64,000 nucleotides of DNA from an uncultured Gammaproteobacteria bacterium (GCA_964597575.1 CAZQXB010000001.1:64964-128963); one strand, 5' to 3'; counted from the stretch's first letter, positions 27,125-37,637 are shown. Made by a program: numbers and translations. Notes: generated from the letters alone by a model not told the origin.

Positions 27125-27360
27125 TCGTTTATTTGAATGAGTTTCTTTCGGCTCGTTTGCCCATGAAGAATAGTAATCGCGTGTTTTGAAACTCCAAAAT
27201 ATTCTGACAACAGTTCAATCAGTGCCTGGTTAGCCTTCCCTTGAATGGGAGGAGCGGCTAAACGCACTTTCAGCACCCCGTCTTCCCCGTACCCAACGAC
27301 TACATTTACCTTCGCCCGGGGCAAAACACGTACAGCAATTTTTTTCATAGAAATAAACAA
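27121..27360 (-). CDS. DUF167 (YggU) family protein
   Basis: 79 aa. VRLAAPPIQGKANQALIELLSEYFGV pattern typical of UPF0235/DUF167. Confidence 0.7.
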   Translation of the reverse strand: MFISMKKIAVRVLPRAKVNVVVGYGEDGVLKVRLAAPPIQGKANQALIELLSEYFGVSKHAITILHGQTSRKKLIQIND

Positions 27361-27383
27361 GCACCTTGCGGTGCTCGTTTTTG

Positions 27384-28679
27384 TTATTTCTTCGCTTTAT
27401 CTTCGATGATTTTCTCTTTAAGAAATTCCATAACCTTTCGATTTTGAATTGCCGAAGCAATCGTATCGCGAACCTCAGGGCGATCCAATTTCTTTATTGA
27501 TTCAGGATCTTTTTTATATGTTTCCTTCATAAGCGCCACCTCACTCGCAATGTCTTCATCGCTCACGATGATCTTTTCTTCAATCGCTACCTGGCGAGAA
27601 ACAAGGGCCGCCTTCGCACGGCTCAATGCTGTGGCAGCGAAGCCGGCGAGTACTTCGGCCTCATTCTTTTTAATATCAGACAAATACTGTTCGATGGTTA
27701 CTCCATGACGCTCAAGATCACGCTTTAGTTCATAAAACATTTTTTCTTTTTCTGCATCAAGAATCACTTCTGGAACTTCTTCAAATGTGGTTTTCTCCAC
27801 AATCGTATTTAACATTTCAATTTCAGCTTCTTGATCAGCACGTTGAGCTGCTTCGCGTAACGTATTTTCGATCAAAAGCTTTTTCAAATCTTCTAAAGAA
27901 TCTTTCCCAAGTTTTTTCGCAAAAGCATCGTTCGCTTCTGGAAGCTCACGAGTAAAGACGCTCTTTACTGTTACCAAGAAATCAATATTTGCTCCAGCGA
28001 GTTGTTTCTGATAATGATCTTTTGGAAATGCCAAAGAAAATTCTTTTTTATCTCCGGCTTTCAGCCCAAAAAGTTTTTCATTAAAACCTGGAATATAGTG
28101 ATCTTCGCTCAAATACACCTGGTAGTCTTTTGCCTGTCCGCCATCGACCGACACTCCATCGCGCTTCATATCCATATCAATCACGAGCTTGTCGGTTTTT
28201 TCGGCCGCGCCATCTTTAGGCACTTCAACGGCATGCATACCACGAAGAGCATCGAGCGTTTCTTCTGCTTTCTTTTCATCGGCCTTTGCTTCTTTCTTTG
28301 TTACTTTTATTTTGGAAATATCAGGCAAAGTCACCTTTGGCATGAGGGCAACTTTCGCGGTGTACTCAACATCGTTCCCCGGAGCAAGCTTCTTCACCTC
28401 TACCTGAGGCATACCGATTGTTTGAAGCTCCTCGGCTGTTACGGCTGCGTAAAATGATTCCTTCACAATGCTCTCAAGAGCTTCATGCAAAATAGCGAGT
28501 TCACCGACTTCGCGAACAAGCATTTCGTAAGGAACTTTCCCTGGGCGGAAACCTTTAATATTCGCGCGGGTAGCAATGCGTTCCGCTGCTGGTTTAAGAT
28601 GTTTTTCGTACTCAGTTAAGGGAACAGCGATAGAAAGCTCTACTTCTGAACCAGGAAGACGTTTCAAAGTGTGGGGCAT
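27384..28679 (-). CDS. tig: trigger factor
   Basis: N-terminal ribosome-binding domain with a GFRPGKVP signature, central PPIase-like and C-terminal helical arm. 431 aa. Confidence 0.9.
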   Translation of the reverse strand: MPHTLKRLPGSEVELSIAVPLTEYEKHLKPAAERIATRANIKGFRPGKVPYEMLVREVGELAILHEALESIVKESFYAAVTAEELQTIGMPQVEVKKLAPGNDVEYTAKVALMPKVTLPDISKIKVTKKEAKADEKKAEETLDALRGMHAVEVPKDGAAEKTDKLVIDMDMKRDGVSVDGGQAKDYQVYLSEDHYIPGFNEKLFGLKAGDKKEFSLAFPKDHYQKQLAGANIDFLVTVKSVFTRELPEANDAFAKKLGKDSLEDLKKLLIENTLREAAQRADQEAEIEMLNTIVEKTTFEEVPEVILDAEKEKMFYELKRDLERHGVTIEQYLSDIKKNEAEVLAGFAATALSRAKAALVSRQVAIEEKIIVSDEDIASEVALMKETYKKDPESIKKLDRPEVRDTIASAIQNRKVMEFLKEKIIEDKAKK

Positions 28680-28847
28680 AGCAATAATTTAGTAGGCGTA
28701 GCATACTCCGCTCAGTTCATCTTGTCAACCCGACAAACGAAATAAAAAAGGGGTAAAAAATGTATAAATAATAGCGTATTTTAGCCAAAAAATAAACATA
28801 GGGGGTTGAAAAATACCCTCTGTTACGGTAGGCTATGAAGTACTCGT

Positions 28848-30209
28848 ATGAGACGGATCTTTTATCCAGCCCTCCTTGCCCTCCTCCGTTTAGCCGTATA
28901 TATAAAACGGATGCTTTTGGCCTTTTCTGGGTTACTTCTTCAGGGGGTGCGGTTTTGTAAAAAAATATACCGACAAACAGTCGGTTTTCACGTCTATAAG
29001 GGCGGTCTTTTTATTTATAAACAGCTTGGGCGCCCATTTAGTGGTAATTTTGCAGAAATTATTGGGTCTCGCCGCACCCTTGAAGTACTTCTTTTGCTTA
29101 CAGCCACCCTTTTTACGATTCCAAAAAGCAACTTCATTCGCTACGACAGCACGGCTACTCCGGGGAAACAGACACTTCTCTTTACCTTAGCAGGGCCTGG
29201 TGACCAAGACTTTACTATGGAGGAGATTCGGGTAGATGTTACAGCTACGGCTGCACCTGATGAACGTTCTTGGCGCTTTAGCGGGGTGCGTTCAGAGCTT
29301 TCGGGGCGACTTCCAGGAGAAGAGAGCGAGAAAACCGGGCCGCATCGCGATGTACTTACTCGTGGCGGAGCAACGGCACTTCTCAAACAAACCATCATGC
29401 CTTGGGCTACTATTGAAAACAATACCCCAACGGCAAGGCGCACCATTGTCTATCATGAAGTTGTTCCAGGAGACGTCCTCGGAGCCATTGCTGCCAACTA
29501 CGGCCTTCAACTCGAAACAATTCTGGCGGCTAATAACCTCAATATTCGCTCTCCCATCCGACCAGGGGATAAATTAGCGATTCTGCCGGTTGACGGGGTA
29601 ACCTATACAATCAAAAAAGGAGATACGCTATCAAAAATTGCTCAAACCTACGACGCGAAAGTGGAAGACATTATTGCGTTTAATGCTTTACCGGAAGATG
29701 GCGGGGCGATTGCCCAGGGAGATTTCCTCATTCTCCCAGGCGGACGCTTACCGACATCAGCACGACCAACCGTAATTGTATCGCGACCAAGCACAGCGAA
29801 CCCTTCACGCGTTCAACCAGCATCTATTTCTGCTCCGGGATCAGGTGGATATATTTGGCCAACAAATGTTCGTCGTGTTACGCAGTACTACGGGTTACGC
29901 CATACTGGGGTTGATATTGCCGGACCAGTGGGTTCTCCGCTATACGCGGCTAAAGGAGGTAAGGTCATTCGCTCACAATGTGGTTGGAATGGCGGATACG
30001 GATGCCATGTTATTCTTGATCATGGCGGCGGTATTACCACACTCTACGGCCACGCTTCTCAACTCTTTGTTAAAGTCGGAGATACGGTTGAGCAAGGCGA
30101 AATTATTGCTTTCATGGGTTCGACAGGTCGTTCAACCGGCCCACATATTCATTTTGAAGTTCGATTAAGCGGGCGTAAAGCGAACCCGCTCCAGTATGTA
30201 ACTCGGTAA
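28848..30209 (+). CDS. LysM-domain M23 family metallopeptidase
   Basis: Two LysM motifs (YTIKKGDTLSKIAQTYDAKVEDIIAFNAL). C-terminal M23 motifs HTGVDIAGPVGSP and HGGGITTLYGH...GSTGRSTGPHIHFEV. Confidence 0.85.
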   Translation: MRRIFYPALLALLRLAVYIKRMLLAFSGLLLQGVRFCKKIYRQTVGFHVYKGGLFIYKQLGRPFSGNFAEIIGSRRTLEVLLLLTATLFTIPKSNFIRYDSTATPGKQTLLFTLAGPGDQDFTMEEIRVDVTATAAPDERSWRFSGVRSELSGRLPGEESEKTGPHRDVLTRGGATALLKQTIMPWATIENNTPTARRTIVYHEVVPGDVLGAIAANYGLQLETILAANNLNIRSPIRPGDKLAILPVDGVTYTIKKGDTLSKIAQTYDAKVEDIIAFNALPEDGGAIAQGDFLILPGGRLPTSARPTVIVSRPSTANPSRVQPASISAPGSGGYIWPTNVRRVTQYYGLRHTGVDIAGPVGSPLYAAKGGKVIRSQCGWNGGYGCHVILDHGGGITTLYGHASQLFVKVGDTVEQGEIIAFMGSTGRSTGPHIHFEVRLSGRKANPLQYVTR

Positions 30210-30228
30210 AACAAAGTAGTACCCTTCT

Positions 30229-31779
30229 TTAGAAGGAATTTTCCTCGGCCAAACGATATTGAAGTGCTTCAGCAACATGCGAAACTGAAATTTTTTCAGC
30301 GCGAGAAAGATCTGCAATGGTTCTTGCTACTTTTATCACCCGTTCATAAGAACGGGCCGAGAGTTTGAGCCGCATGACTGCGGATTGAAGTAGAGTCATG
30401 GTCGAATCATCAAGTGGGCAAAATTGTTTTAACTCCCGACCTCGCATTTCAGCGTTACACACGAAAGACGTCCCCTCAAAACGTTCGAGCTGACGAAGAC
30501 GAGCTTGCACCACACGTTCCCGAACTGATTCTGACGATTCTTCTTCTGCAGCATCAAGCATAGCAAATGTGGTTCGAGGCATTTCGACATGCAAATCAAT
30601 CCGATCAAACAATGGGCCGCTAATTTTTTTCTGATACCGAAGCAATTGCCCGGGCGGACACAAACACCGACGCTCTTTATCTCCTAAAAATCCACAAGGG
30701 CAAGGATTTCTACTTGCCACAAACATAAATCGTGCCGGGTAACTTGCCGTACCTTCAGCCCGTGAGACGGTGACAGCTCCATCTTCAAGCGGTTGACGAA
30801 GCATTTCAATAACGCTTCGAGGAAATTCTGGAAGCTCATCGAGAAACAGCACACCTCGATGAGCAAGTGATACCTCGCCGGGTTTAGGAATTTTTCCACC
30901 ACCCACCAGTGCGATGCCGCTCGTACTATGGTGAGGCGAACGAAACGGACGCGCAGTGATGAGTGGGTTGTCGGGAGTAAGAAGCCCTGCAACCGAATAT
31001 ATTTTCGTTACCTGGAGCACCTCAGCTGGTGAAAGGGGTGGTAAAATAGAGGGAATGGTACGAGCCAGTAATGTTTTTCCGGAACCAGGGGGACCCGAAA
31101 GAAAAAGGTTGTGGCCACCAGCGGCAGCAATTTCTGCAGCTCGCTTCGCCACTGCCTGCCCTTTAATATGCATCATGTCGTTTGCATAGTTTTCCTTTTT
31201 TTCTTCTGAAAAAAGCGGCGTGGGAAGAAGGGGTGGGCACAGCGTTTTTCCAAGCACATGGGAAATAAGCTCTGACAGAGAATGAACGGGATAGAGCGTG
31301 ATATCTTCAATAAAAGAAACCTCGGCACGGTTGGCAGCAGGAAAGAAAAAGTGTTGAACGCCTCTTGCACGAGCATCTACGACCATAGGAAGAATTCCGG
31401 TTACCCCTCTCGTGCTTCCATCGAGTGCGAGTTCCCCAACAACCCACGTACGCGACAAATCAATTGTGGTCAGATCAATTTTTTCTGCGGCCAAAAACAT
31501 CCCGAGGGCAATCGGAAGGTCGTACCCGGTGCCGACTTTAGGCAAATCGGCTGGCGCTAAGTTCACTACCACTCGCTGGTTATTCGGAAATTCTAAATTG
31601 GTATTCTTCCATGCGGTGCGAATACGCTCTTTTGCTTCTTGTATAGACGTGTCGGGCAATCCAACCACCTGAAAGGCTGGCCACGAACCAGAAACATCAA
31701 CCTCAATCGTAATAGGAACGGCCTCAAGACCAAGAAGTGCTCCGGTCGTAAGACGAACAAACATACTCCTTCCCTCCAA
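30229..31779 (-). CDS. comM: YifB/ComM family Mg-chelatase-like AAA+ ATPase
   Basis: N-terminal Lon-like substrate domain, Walker A GPPGSGKT, C-terminal ChlI-like region. 516 aa (start may be at MFVRL). Confidence 0.88.
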   Translation of the reverse strand: MEGRSMFVRLTTGALLGLEAVPITIEVDVSGSWPAFQVVGLPDTSIQEAKERIRTAWKNTNLEFPNNQRVVVNLAPADLPKVGTGYDLPIALGMFLAAEKIDLTTIDLSRTWVVGELALDGSTRGVTGILPMVVDARARGVQHFFFPAANRAEVSFIEDITLYPVHSLSELISHVLGKTLCPPLLPTPLFSEEKKENYANDMMHIKGQAVAKRAAEIAAAGGHNLFLSGPPGSGKTLLARTIPSILPPLSPAEVLQVTKIYSVAGLLTPDNPLITARPFRSPHHSTSGIALVGGGKIPKPGEVSLAHRGVLFLDELPEFPRSVIEMLRQPLEDGAVTVSRAEGTASYPARFMFVASRNPCPCGFLGDKERRCLCPPGQLLRYQKKISGPLFDRIDLHVEMPRTTFAMLDAAEEESSESVRERVVQARLRQLERFEGTSFVCNAEMRGRELKQFCPLDDSTMTLLQSAVMRLKLSARSYERVIKVARTIADLSRAEKISVSHVAEALQYRLAEENSF

Positions 31780-31798
31780 GAATAATATGTTTAGTATA

Positions 31799-32248
31799 TC
31801 ACACGGGTAACGGGCGAGATTTCTTCATCAAAAGAAGGATGCCGATGACTACTGCGATGTCGGCTAAGTTAATTACTCCGGTTAGTATGCGAATATAGTC
31901 AATGGTATACCCAAAGAGAACTCGGTCAACATAATTCGAGACTGCACCGGCGATAAAAAGGCTTGCTCCAAAGCAGGCGTACACTGTTTTCTCCATGTAT
32001 CCAAACCAAATAACAAAGAGAAGAAGAATAAGCGGCGTTAGCCCGATAACAATACTATTTGGTAAAGGCAAGCTAAAGGCAATACCGGCATTTTCAAAAT
32101 ACTCGAGACCAAAGTAGTGCGAACCAAAATAATATGGAGTAGCTAAACTGGTTCGTGCGAACCATTTACATAATTGATCCGCAAAAATAATCACCCCTCC
32201 AAGGAGAGAAGGGGTGATTAGGGGGTGGAAAAACGTACGCATACGCAT
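31799..32248 (-). CDS. lspA: lipoprotein signal peptidase II
   Basis: Four TM helices with conserved NxGxAF and FNxAD-like regions (YFENAGIAFSL, SNYVDRVLFGYTIDYI). Confidence 0.8.
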   Translation of the reverse strand: MRMRTFFHPLITPSLLGGVIIFADQLCKWFARTSLATPYYFGSHYFGLEYFENAGIAFSLPLPNSIVIGLTPLILLLFVIWFGYMEKTVYACFGASLFIAGAVSNYVDRVLFGYTIDYIRILTGVINLADIAVVIGILLLMKKSRPLPV

Positions 32249-32256
32249 TCCGATTT

Positions 32257-32637
32257 TTACGCTTCGTCCGTTAACGTTTTCTTGCAGGTAATACAGGAAC
32301 TTGAAGTGGGGCGAGCACGCAAACGGTCTTCTTCAATAAGCGCATCGCAGTATTTGCAAATACCGTAGAGACCTTCTTCAACACGTTCCAGAGCTTTATG
32401 AACATCGCGAAGTTCCTTTTCAAGAGCAGTCTTCAAAGACAACTGAACAGAACTTGTGGTTAAACTGTCCACCAAGTCTTCTTCGGTTTCATCACCAACA
32501 TTCGCATGCTCGTTTCCATTTTTCGCTATCGACAACAAATTACCTTCAAGTCGCTCGAGCTCCTTATGGAGGCCGCCTGTCATTTCTTCAACAAAAGGGT
32601 CGGCGTGAGCCGCTTTTTTCGTAAATGCTTTAGCCAT
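32257..32637 (-). CDS. DksA/TraR-family C4 zinc-finger protein
   Basis: C-terminal CKYCDALIEEDRLRARPTSSSCITC (CxxC-X17-CxxC) preceded by a coiled-coil region. Confidence 0.7.
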   Translation of the reverse strand: MAKAFTKKAAHADPFVEEMTGGLHKELERLEGNLLSIAKNGNEHANVGDETEEDLVDSLTTSSVQLSLKTALEKELRDVHKALERVEEGLYGICKYCDALIEEDRLRARPTSSSCITCKKTLTDEA

Positions 32638-32645
32638 AAAAAAAA

Positions 32646-32888
32646 TTAGCTGAGTGTTTCGAGTTCTAAGTTGATTGATTCCAGTCGGTCGATAAGCACT
32701 TGTACGACACCCACATCAACTTCGGTTTCTGCAACCTCGTGAGCATTATCATCAAGTTCGTTCCCTTGATCAACAAATACAGCAGCTACCATACCACGCA
32801 CTTGAGGGTCTGCTTTCGCATGACTCTTCAATTCTTCAATAATAGTTGCTTTCTCTTGAAGCAGGGCTTGCATGTGTTCGTCGGTCAT
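32646..32888 (-). CDS. hypothetical acidic small protein (80 aa)
   Basis: Immediately upstream of the DksA-like gene and co-oriented. No motifs recognised. Confidence 0.4.
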   Translation of the reverse strand: MTDEHMQALLQEKATIIEELKSHAKADPQVRGMVAAVFVDQGNELDDNAHEVAETEVDVGVVQVLIDRLESINLELETLS

Positions 32889-33429
32889 ACGGGGTCAGAG
32901 TTTGAATAAACCACCTTAATGGTATACCAAAAATAAAAATTTTCGTCAAAAAAACGAAAAGCGGCGTGCCGAAGCCCATAGATAATAATATATGGCTGGC
33001 ACGCCGCAAACATCCTCGTGGCCATGCCTTCAGCACTCTTTTGCCATTGCTATAGCAAGACAGTGCCGAAGACTTGAGTCCAAGAAGGACGGTAGTACCC
33101 CTACCACCGCGAATGTGGTTGATGCTCCCGACAACACTCTGCCGAAGCAGGGGATGTTGCATAGGTGGAAGCGCACCGGGCTAAGTCCGTTTTTTGTTTG
33201 TTTATTTGAGTTTCATACGCCTGATGAGCTAAGAAGCTTCGAATCAAGCAAAGAATGGACTTGGCCGAACCGCAGTAGATGGGGATAGAGTTGCCTTACA
33301 CAACGAGGTGTAGGGCAGTTCTAAAGTGACTTTTTAATGATCACAAATACAGTATAGCACAAAAAACGAGTTTTGTCAAGTTTCTGGCTTTGTACAGGTA
33401 AGAATAGGCATTTTTGGCTTAAATTAGTA

Positions 33430-33452
33430 TTTGTATACACTAGTGTATACAA
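33430..33452. repeat. palindrome TTTGTATACACTAGTGTATACAA (copy C) plus degenerate half-sites at 33608-33653
   Basis: Exact copy of the 24390 motif. AGTGTATACAAAT half-site at 33640-33653 and TTATACACAT x2 at 33610-33630. Confidence 0.55.
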
Positions 33453-33737
33453 TAGAGTTTCAAAAAGATATCCCCAAAGAGAACAAATGTTCCACAGTAT
33501 TGTCCCCAGAAAATTATGAATCGCAATGCGAAGAGGCTTTTGCTCTTTCTCTTTTTCATAGAACTTTAAAATGCTCGTGCCTTCGATTCTATCCCCATAT
33601 TCACAAAGTTATACACATACTTATACACATGTATAGAATAGTGTATACAAATAATTTTTTTTAAACATCCAGAGGATTGGACCGGTGTATTTATTAGGGG
33701 GGGTTGGTGTAGGTATGCAGCCGGGGCATACCCCTCC

Positions 33738-33766
33738 TTGACTTTTTTAGCAAAATCCTCTATACT
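33738..33766 (+). promoter_or_regulatory. promoter TTGACT-N17-TATACT driving a GC-rich roughly 370-nt transcription unit
   Basis: Perfect hexamers. The unit ends at GGTCCGG..CCGGACC long-range complementarity followed by TTTTTT at 34141-34146. Confidence 0.45.
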
Positions 33767-33836
33767 CATTCCCATCTATCCACTGTCGCCTGCTCAAAAA
33801 ACAAAATTGCGCAGTGGAAAGAGGGGGAAAGTCTAA

Positions 33837-34055
33837 ATGCAGAATCCGAAGGGCCCACCCAAGAGCATGGCACGGTACGCTGGTCCGGTCTCCCCGGCAA
33901 TGCGGCGTCGCCGCGAGAACCGCGACGATCGGCGGCAGTCTCGGGGGCAGCTCGCGCCCCTGATCGGACGTCCGAGCTTCGTGGCCGAAGAGGCCTTCGG
34001 CCACTACGACCGGAACTCGTACAAAAACGGGGTCATCCGGGAGGACAGCAACTAG
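33837..34055 (+). CDS. possible small Arg-rich basic protein (72 aa), or non-coding RNA
   Basis: ORF preceded by AGAGGGGGAAAG about 9 nt upstream. Very Arg/Pro/Gly-rich. Coding status uncertain. Confidence 0.3.
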   Translation: MQNPKGPPKSMARYAGPVSPAMRRRRENRDDRRQSRGQLAPLIGRPSFVAEEAFGHYDRNSYKNGVIREDSN

Positions 34056-34199
34056 GGGTCATCTGGCCCTCGTAAGGCCGGTGGGCGGTGCGCATACGTA
34101 CGTTTAGGGCGACGAACGTGTGTGCACTGCCTGCCGGACCTTTTTTAATTTCTTAAACTTTTGTATACTGTTTCTATTCATAGCTTTAAGGAGGGAGTT

Positions 34200-37100
34200 A
34201 TGCATACACAAAAACGAAAAGTTTTCTTTTTTTCGACGCTTTTCTTTGGCGTTTTTCTTTTTTATAAGACTGGGATTGCCTTTGCCCAAGTGGTCATAAG
34301 TGAAATCGGAGCATATGGAGGAACAAATGAAGAGTGGGTTGAGATCGCTAATATTGGCACTGAACCAATCGACCTTACGGGGTATCGCTTTTGGGAAAGC
34401 ACAGGGCTCGAGGGGAACAATCACACGCTAAGCACGACGACTAATTCAAATTTTATTCTTCTACCGAACACCTACGCGGTCATTGTTCAGCAAGAAGAAG
34501 GATTTCGCCGAACACACCCAAATTTCTTAGGCCAAATTTTTGATAGTAGTTGGGGAAGTCTGAACGAAGGCGGGGAAGAGATTGGATTAAAAGACGCAAC
34601 AGGCGCATTCGTGGAGCGGTTCACCTATGTAAGTGCCCCGAACCGGAGCTTAGAGCGCGACACTCTTTCTTTGGCCAACTATACAGGAACAAACTGGCAC
34701 GAACACGCAAGCGGCGACACCGCCGGGCAACAAAATAGTGAACGATCCGAAACATCTGAGGAGGGAAATCCGGCATCAGAAACACCTGCAGAAAACGAAA
34801 CAGTCCCAACTACTACCTCTGGAGGAGCGCCCGCCCCTGAACTTCTTCTCAGTGAGTTTCTCTCGAACCCGAATACCGGAGAAAGTGAGTGGATAGAAAT
34901 TGAAAATGTGGGAAGCGCAGCGGTCGACCTTTCGCGTATTCGCTTAAAAGATGGCGGAAGTACAATCGCGGTTAGCACAACCACACTCGAAGCACACGCA
35001 TTTTTTGTCTTTACGATTTCAGGAAGCCGTTTGAATAATGATGGCGATATTATAATTCTTGAAACAACGGATGGCACACCTATTCAAACCATTGCGTATG
35101 GCACATGGGATGACGGCGATAGGGCAAATAACGTTTCAGCACCGGCTCGCGGGCAAACACTCTCGTATCGTAATACGGTGTGGCAAGAAACTCTCCCTAC
35201 TCGAGGAGAAAGAAATAGTGAGACGGCTCTCACGCCTCGAGCAGAGGAAACACCCGCACCTGCGCCGACTCCATCGGCTATAAATTCCAATACGGGTACA
35301 CCACCCCCAATAAGTGCACGGGCAGGCGATATTGTTATTTCAGAATTTGTCTCTGACCCCACAGATGGGGAAGTCGAATTTATTGAACTGCAAAACCGCT
35401 CCAGCCAAACCATTGATATTACGGGTTGGTATATTGAAGAAGGAAGTAGAGCAAAAACAACATTGACCGGAAGTATTCGGCCCATGCAATTTTTCGTTAT
35501 TGAAAAACCCAAAGGGGGCCTAAACAATAGCGGCGACAGCATCACCCTCTTCACAAAAAACATACAGGAAATTGACCGGGTCGTTTACGGAGTGTGGAGC
35601 GACGGAAACACAAGCGATAATGCCGACACACCGACCGACCCAACAAGTGCCGCAAGAATTGACGGACGGGATACTGGCTACGATAAAGATGATTTCCGTA
35701 CAACGTCGCTTATCACCAAAGGGACTCAAAATCGCTTTCCTGATCAGTCAGCCGTGGCAAACACGAATCTACCTACACCAGGGGCGAGTGGAATAGTAAT
35801 AAATGAACTGTACCCAAACCCACCTGGCGCAGATGAAGAAGAATTTATTGAACTCTACCACAGCGGAAAAACGCATGTCCGTTTAGAAGGTTGGGGACTC
35901 CGCGACGAATCTCTCCGTATATTTCCTTTCCTAGATACTGTTTTCTATCCGGGTAAGTATCTTCTTTTACCAAAAAAAGTAACTGGTATTAGCTTGAATA
36001 ACACTTCAGATTCACTGGAGTTGCTTGATCCGCAAAAACGAGTCGTTGAACGTGTCAGCTACACGCATGTTCCAGAAGGAGAAAGCTACGTACGAAACGC
36101 AAGCAATGCATTTGTGTGGACCACGACCATCACTCCGGAAAAAGAAAATATCCTCACTCAAAAAAATCGCCCGCCTGAAATTTCCGTAGAAATTCCTGAA
36201 GATATATTAGTTGAAAAAACTTATTTCTTTGATGCGAGTGATACGAGTGACCCAGAACATGACCCACTTTCATATGTATGGAAATTTCCAAACAAAGAAA
36301 GTGCCACGACAGTAACAACCACATATACATTTACCAAAACGGGCACAAGCACGGTCACATTACTCGTAAAGGATAATCGCGGGAATGAAGCCAAACAATC
36401 TTTTTCTTTCTTCGTTCAAGCACAAGTTTCTGAAGGGGAAGAAAAAACTTCTGAAACAGAAACGAGTACGCATACAGAAACCCCACGAATTATTCTGAGC
36501 GAACTTGCTCCCAACCCAGAAGGAAGTGATGAGGCGGAATTCATTGAACTCTATAATGAAGAAGAACAGGCAGCGGATATTTCTGGCTGGACCGTCACCG
36601 ATGGATCAGGAAAGAAATACCGCATTCCTGATCAAACCATAGTATTGCCCGAGCAATACTTTCTACTTCAAAGAAAAGACACGTCTATTGCTTTAAATAA
36701 TAGTAACGACACCATTACACTAAAAAATGCAGCCGAAAAAACGATTGATACCGTACACTATAGTGGGAGTAAAGAAGGTCTGGTATATATTCGCACGGAA
36801 AAAGGAGCGTGGGTGTGGTCGGGCACTGCGACACCGGGAAAACAAAATATATTTGTGCAAAAAAATTCTTTTGTTTCTGCAGGGGTGGGGCAATTTCGAT
36901 CTTTTACCGAAGCAAAGGAGCTCGCCAAAGGTTCTGCGGTTACAGTCACCGGTATCGCCATAGTACTTCCAAACACCTGGAGCACCCAGATGTTTACCAT
37001 TATCGAAAAAGATACGGGGCAGACCATGCCGATCTTTCTCTCGAATAAACAGTTTCCGCCACTCGCCCTGGGCGACCTGGTTACTGTTTCTGGAGTCATG

Positions 37101-37637
37101 TCTGAAGCGCAGGGGGTAAAACGAGTAAATGCTAAAAATAAAATGAGTATCGCGGCAAAGAAACGGAATGAACGTATTCAACCAAAAGAAATTTCTCTAG
37201 CAGATGTGGGCGAACTTGATCAGATTTTCGTAACCGTGACTGGCACAGTTACTGACGTAAGCACTAAAGGGTTCTACCTCGAAAATGAAGGTGAAGTGTT
37301 TGTGAAATTTCGCGGAGAGCTTATGAAGGATCCACCAGACGTGGCAGTTGGTGACAGGGGAAAAATAACAGGTATTGTAAGCATCATTGAAGATGAAGCG
37401 ACACTCACGCCACGGACAAAAACAGATATTCAAATACTTGGCGAAGCATCGGAGAAATTATCTGAAGCTGTTTTAGAAGAAACGCCTGATGTCGACCCTA
37501 AAAAAATGGCAACTGGGGCGGGTGTAATGACATTCCTCGCAGCAGCTTTTGGCCGGGCGAGAATGGTCATGGTGCTCGGGAGCATGAAACGAACAGCGAC
37601 TCGGGTTATACTCCGCAAAAAACCACCTCTCGGCTAA
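34200..37637 (+). CDS. large surface protein with five lamin-tail domains, a PKD-like domain, two OB-fold-like domains and a C-terminal TM anchor
   Basis: Signal peptide, then LTD repeats (SE(F/L)xxNP...EWIEIxN...DLxGW motifs at five positions), PKD-like FFDASDTSDPEHDPLSYVW, OB-like segments (AVTVTGIAIVL..., VFVTVTGTVTDV...) and a C-terminal hydrophobic helix. RBS AGGAGGG before ATG 34200. Confidence 0.8.
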   Translation: MHTQKRKVFFFSTLFFGVFLFYKTGIAFAQVVISEIGAYGGTNEEWVEIANIGTEPIDLTGYRFWESTGLEGNNHTLSTTTNSNFILLPNTYAVIVQQEEGFRRTHPNFLGQIFDSSWGSLNEGGEEIGLKDATGAFVERFTYVSAPNRSLERDTLSLANYTGTNWHEHASGDTAGQQNSERSETSEEGNPASETPAENETVPTTTSGGAPAPELLLSEFLSNPNTGESEWIEIENVGSAAVDLSRIRLKDGGSTIAVSTTTLEAHAFFVFTISGSRLNNDGDIIILETTDGTPIQTIAYGTWDDGDRANNVSAPARGQTLSYRNTVWQETLPTRGERNSETALTPRAEETPAPAPTPSAINSNTGTPPPISARAGDIVISEFVSDPTDGEVEFIELQNRSSQTIDITGWYIEEGSRAKTTLTGSIRPMQFFVIEKPKGGLNNSGDSITLFTKNIQEIDRVVYGVWSDGNTSDNADTPTDPTSAARIDGRDTGYDKDDFRTTSLITKGTQNRFPDQSAVANTNLPTPGASGIVINELYPNPPGADEEEFIELYHSGKTHVRLEGWGLRDESLRIFPFLDTVFYPGKYLLLPKKVTGISLNNTSDSLELLDPQKRVVERVSYTHVPEGESYVRNASNAFVWTTTITPEKENILTQKNRPPEISVEIPEDILVEKTYFFDASDTSDPEHDPLSYVWKFPNKESATTVTTTYTFTKTGTSTVTLLVKDNRGNEAKQSFSFFVQAQVSEGEEKTSETETSTHTETPRIILSELAPNPEGSDEAEFIELYNEEEQAADISGWTVTDGSGKKYRIPDQTIVLPEQYFLLQRKDTSIALNNSNDTITLKNAAEKTIDTVHYSGSKEGLVYIRTEKGAWVWSGTATPGKQNIFVQKNSFVSAGVGQFRSFTEAKELAKGSAVTVTGIAIVLPNTWSTQMFTIIEKDTGQTMPIFLSNKQFPPLALGDLVTVSGVMSEAQGVKRVNAKNKMSIAAKKRNERIQPKEISLADVGELDQIFVTVTGTVTDVSTKGFYLENEGEVFVKFRGELMKDPPDVAVGDRGKITGIVSIIEDEATLTPRTKTDIQILGEASEKLSEAVLEETPDVDPKKMATGAGVMTFLAAAFGRARMVMVLGSMKRTATRVILRKKPPLG

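Noticed and set aside
33770-34150. RNase P RNA, tmRNA, SRP RNA or cobalamin riboswitch in the GC-rich promoter-terminator unit
   Set aside because: No GGAAAGUCCGG/ACAGAAYCCGGCUUA (RNase P), no tRNA-like GGUUCGA...CCA end (tmRNA), no GGAAGGAAGCAGC (SRP) and no GGUG..AAUCC / GCCACUG B12-box arrangement. A weak GGAAAGUCU and a GCCACUA are judged coincidental.
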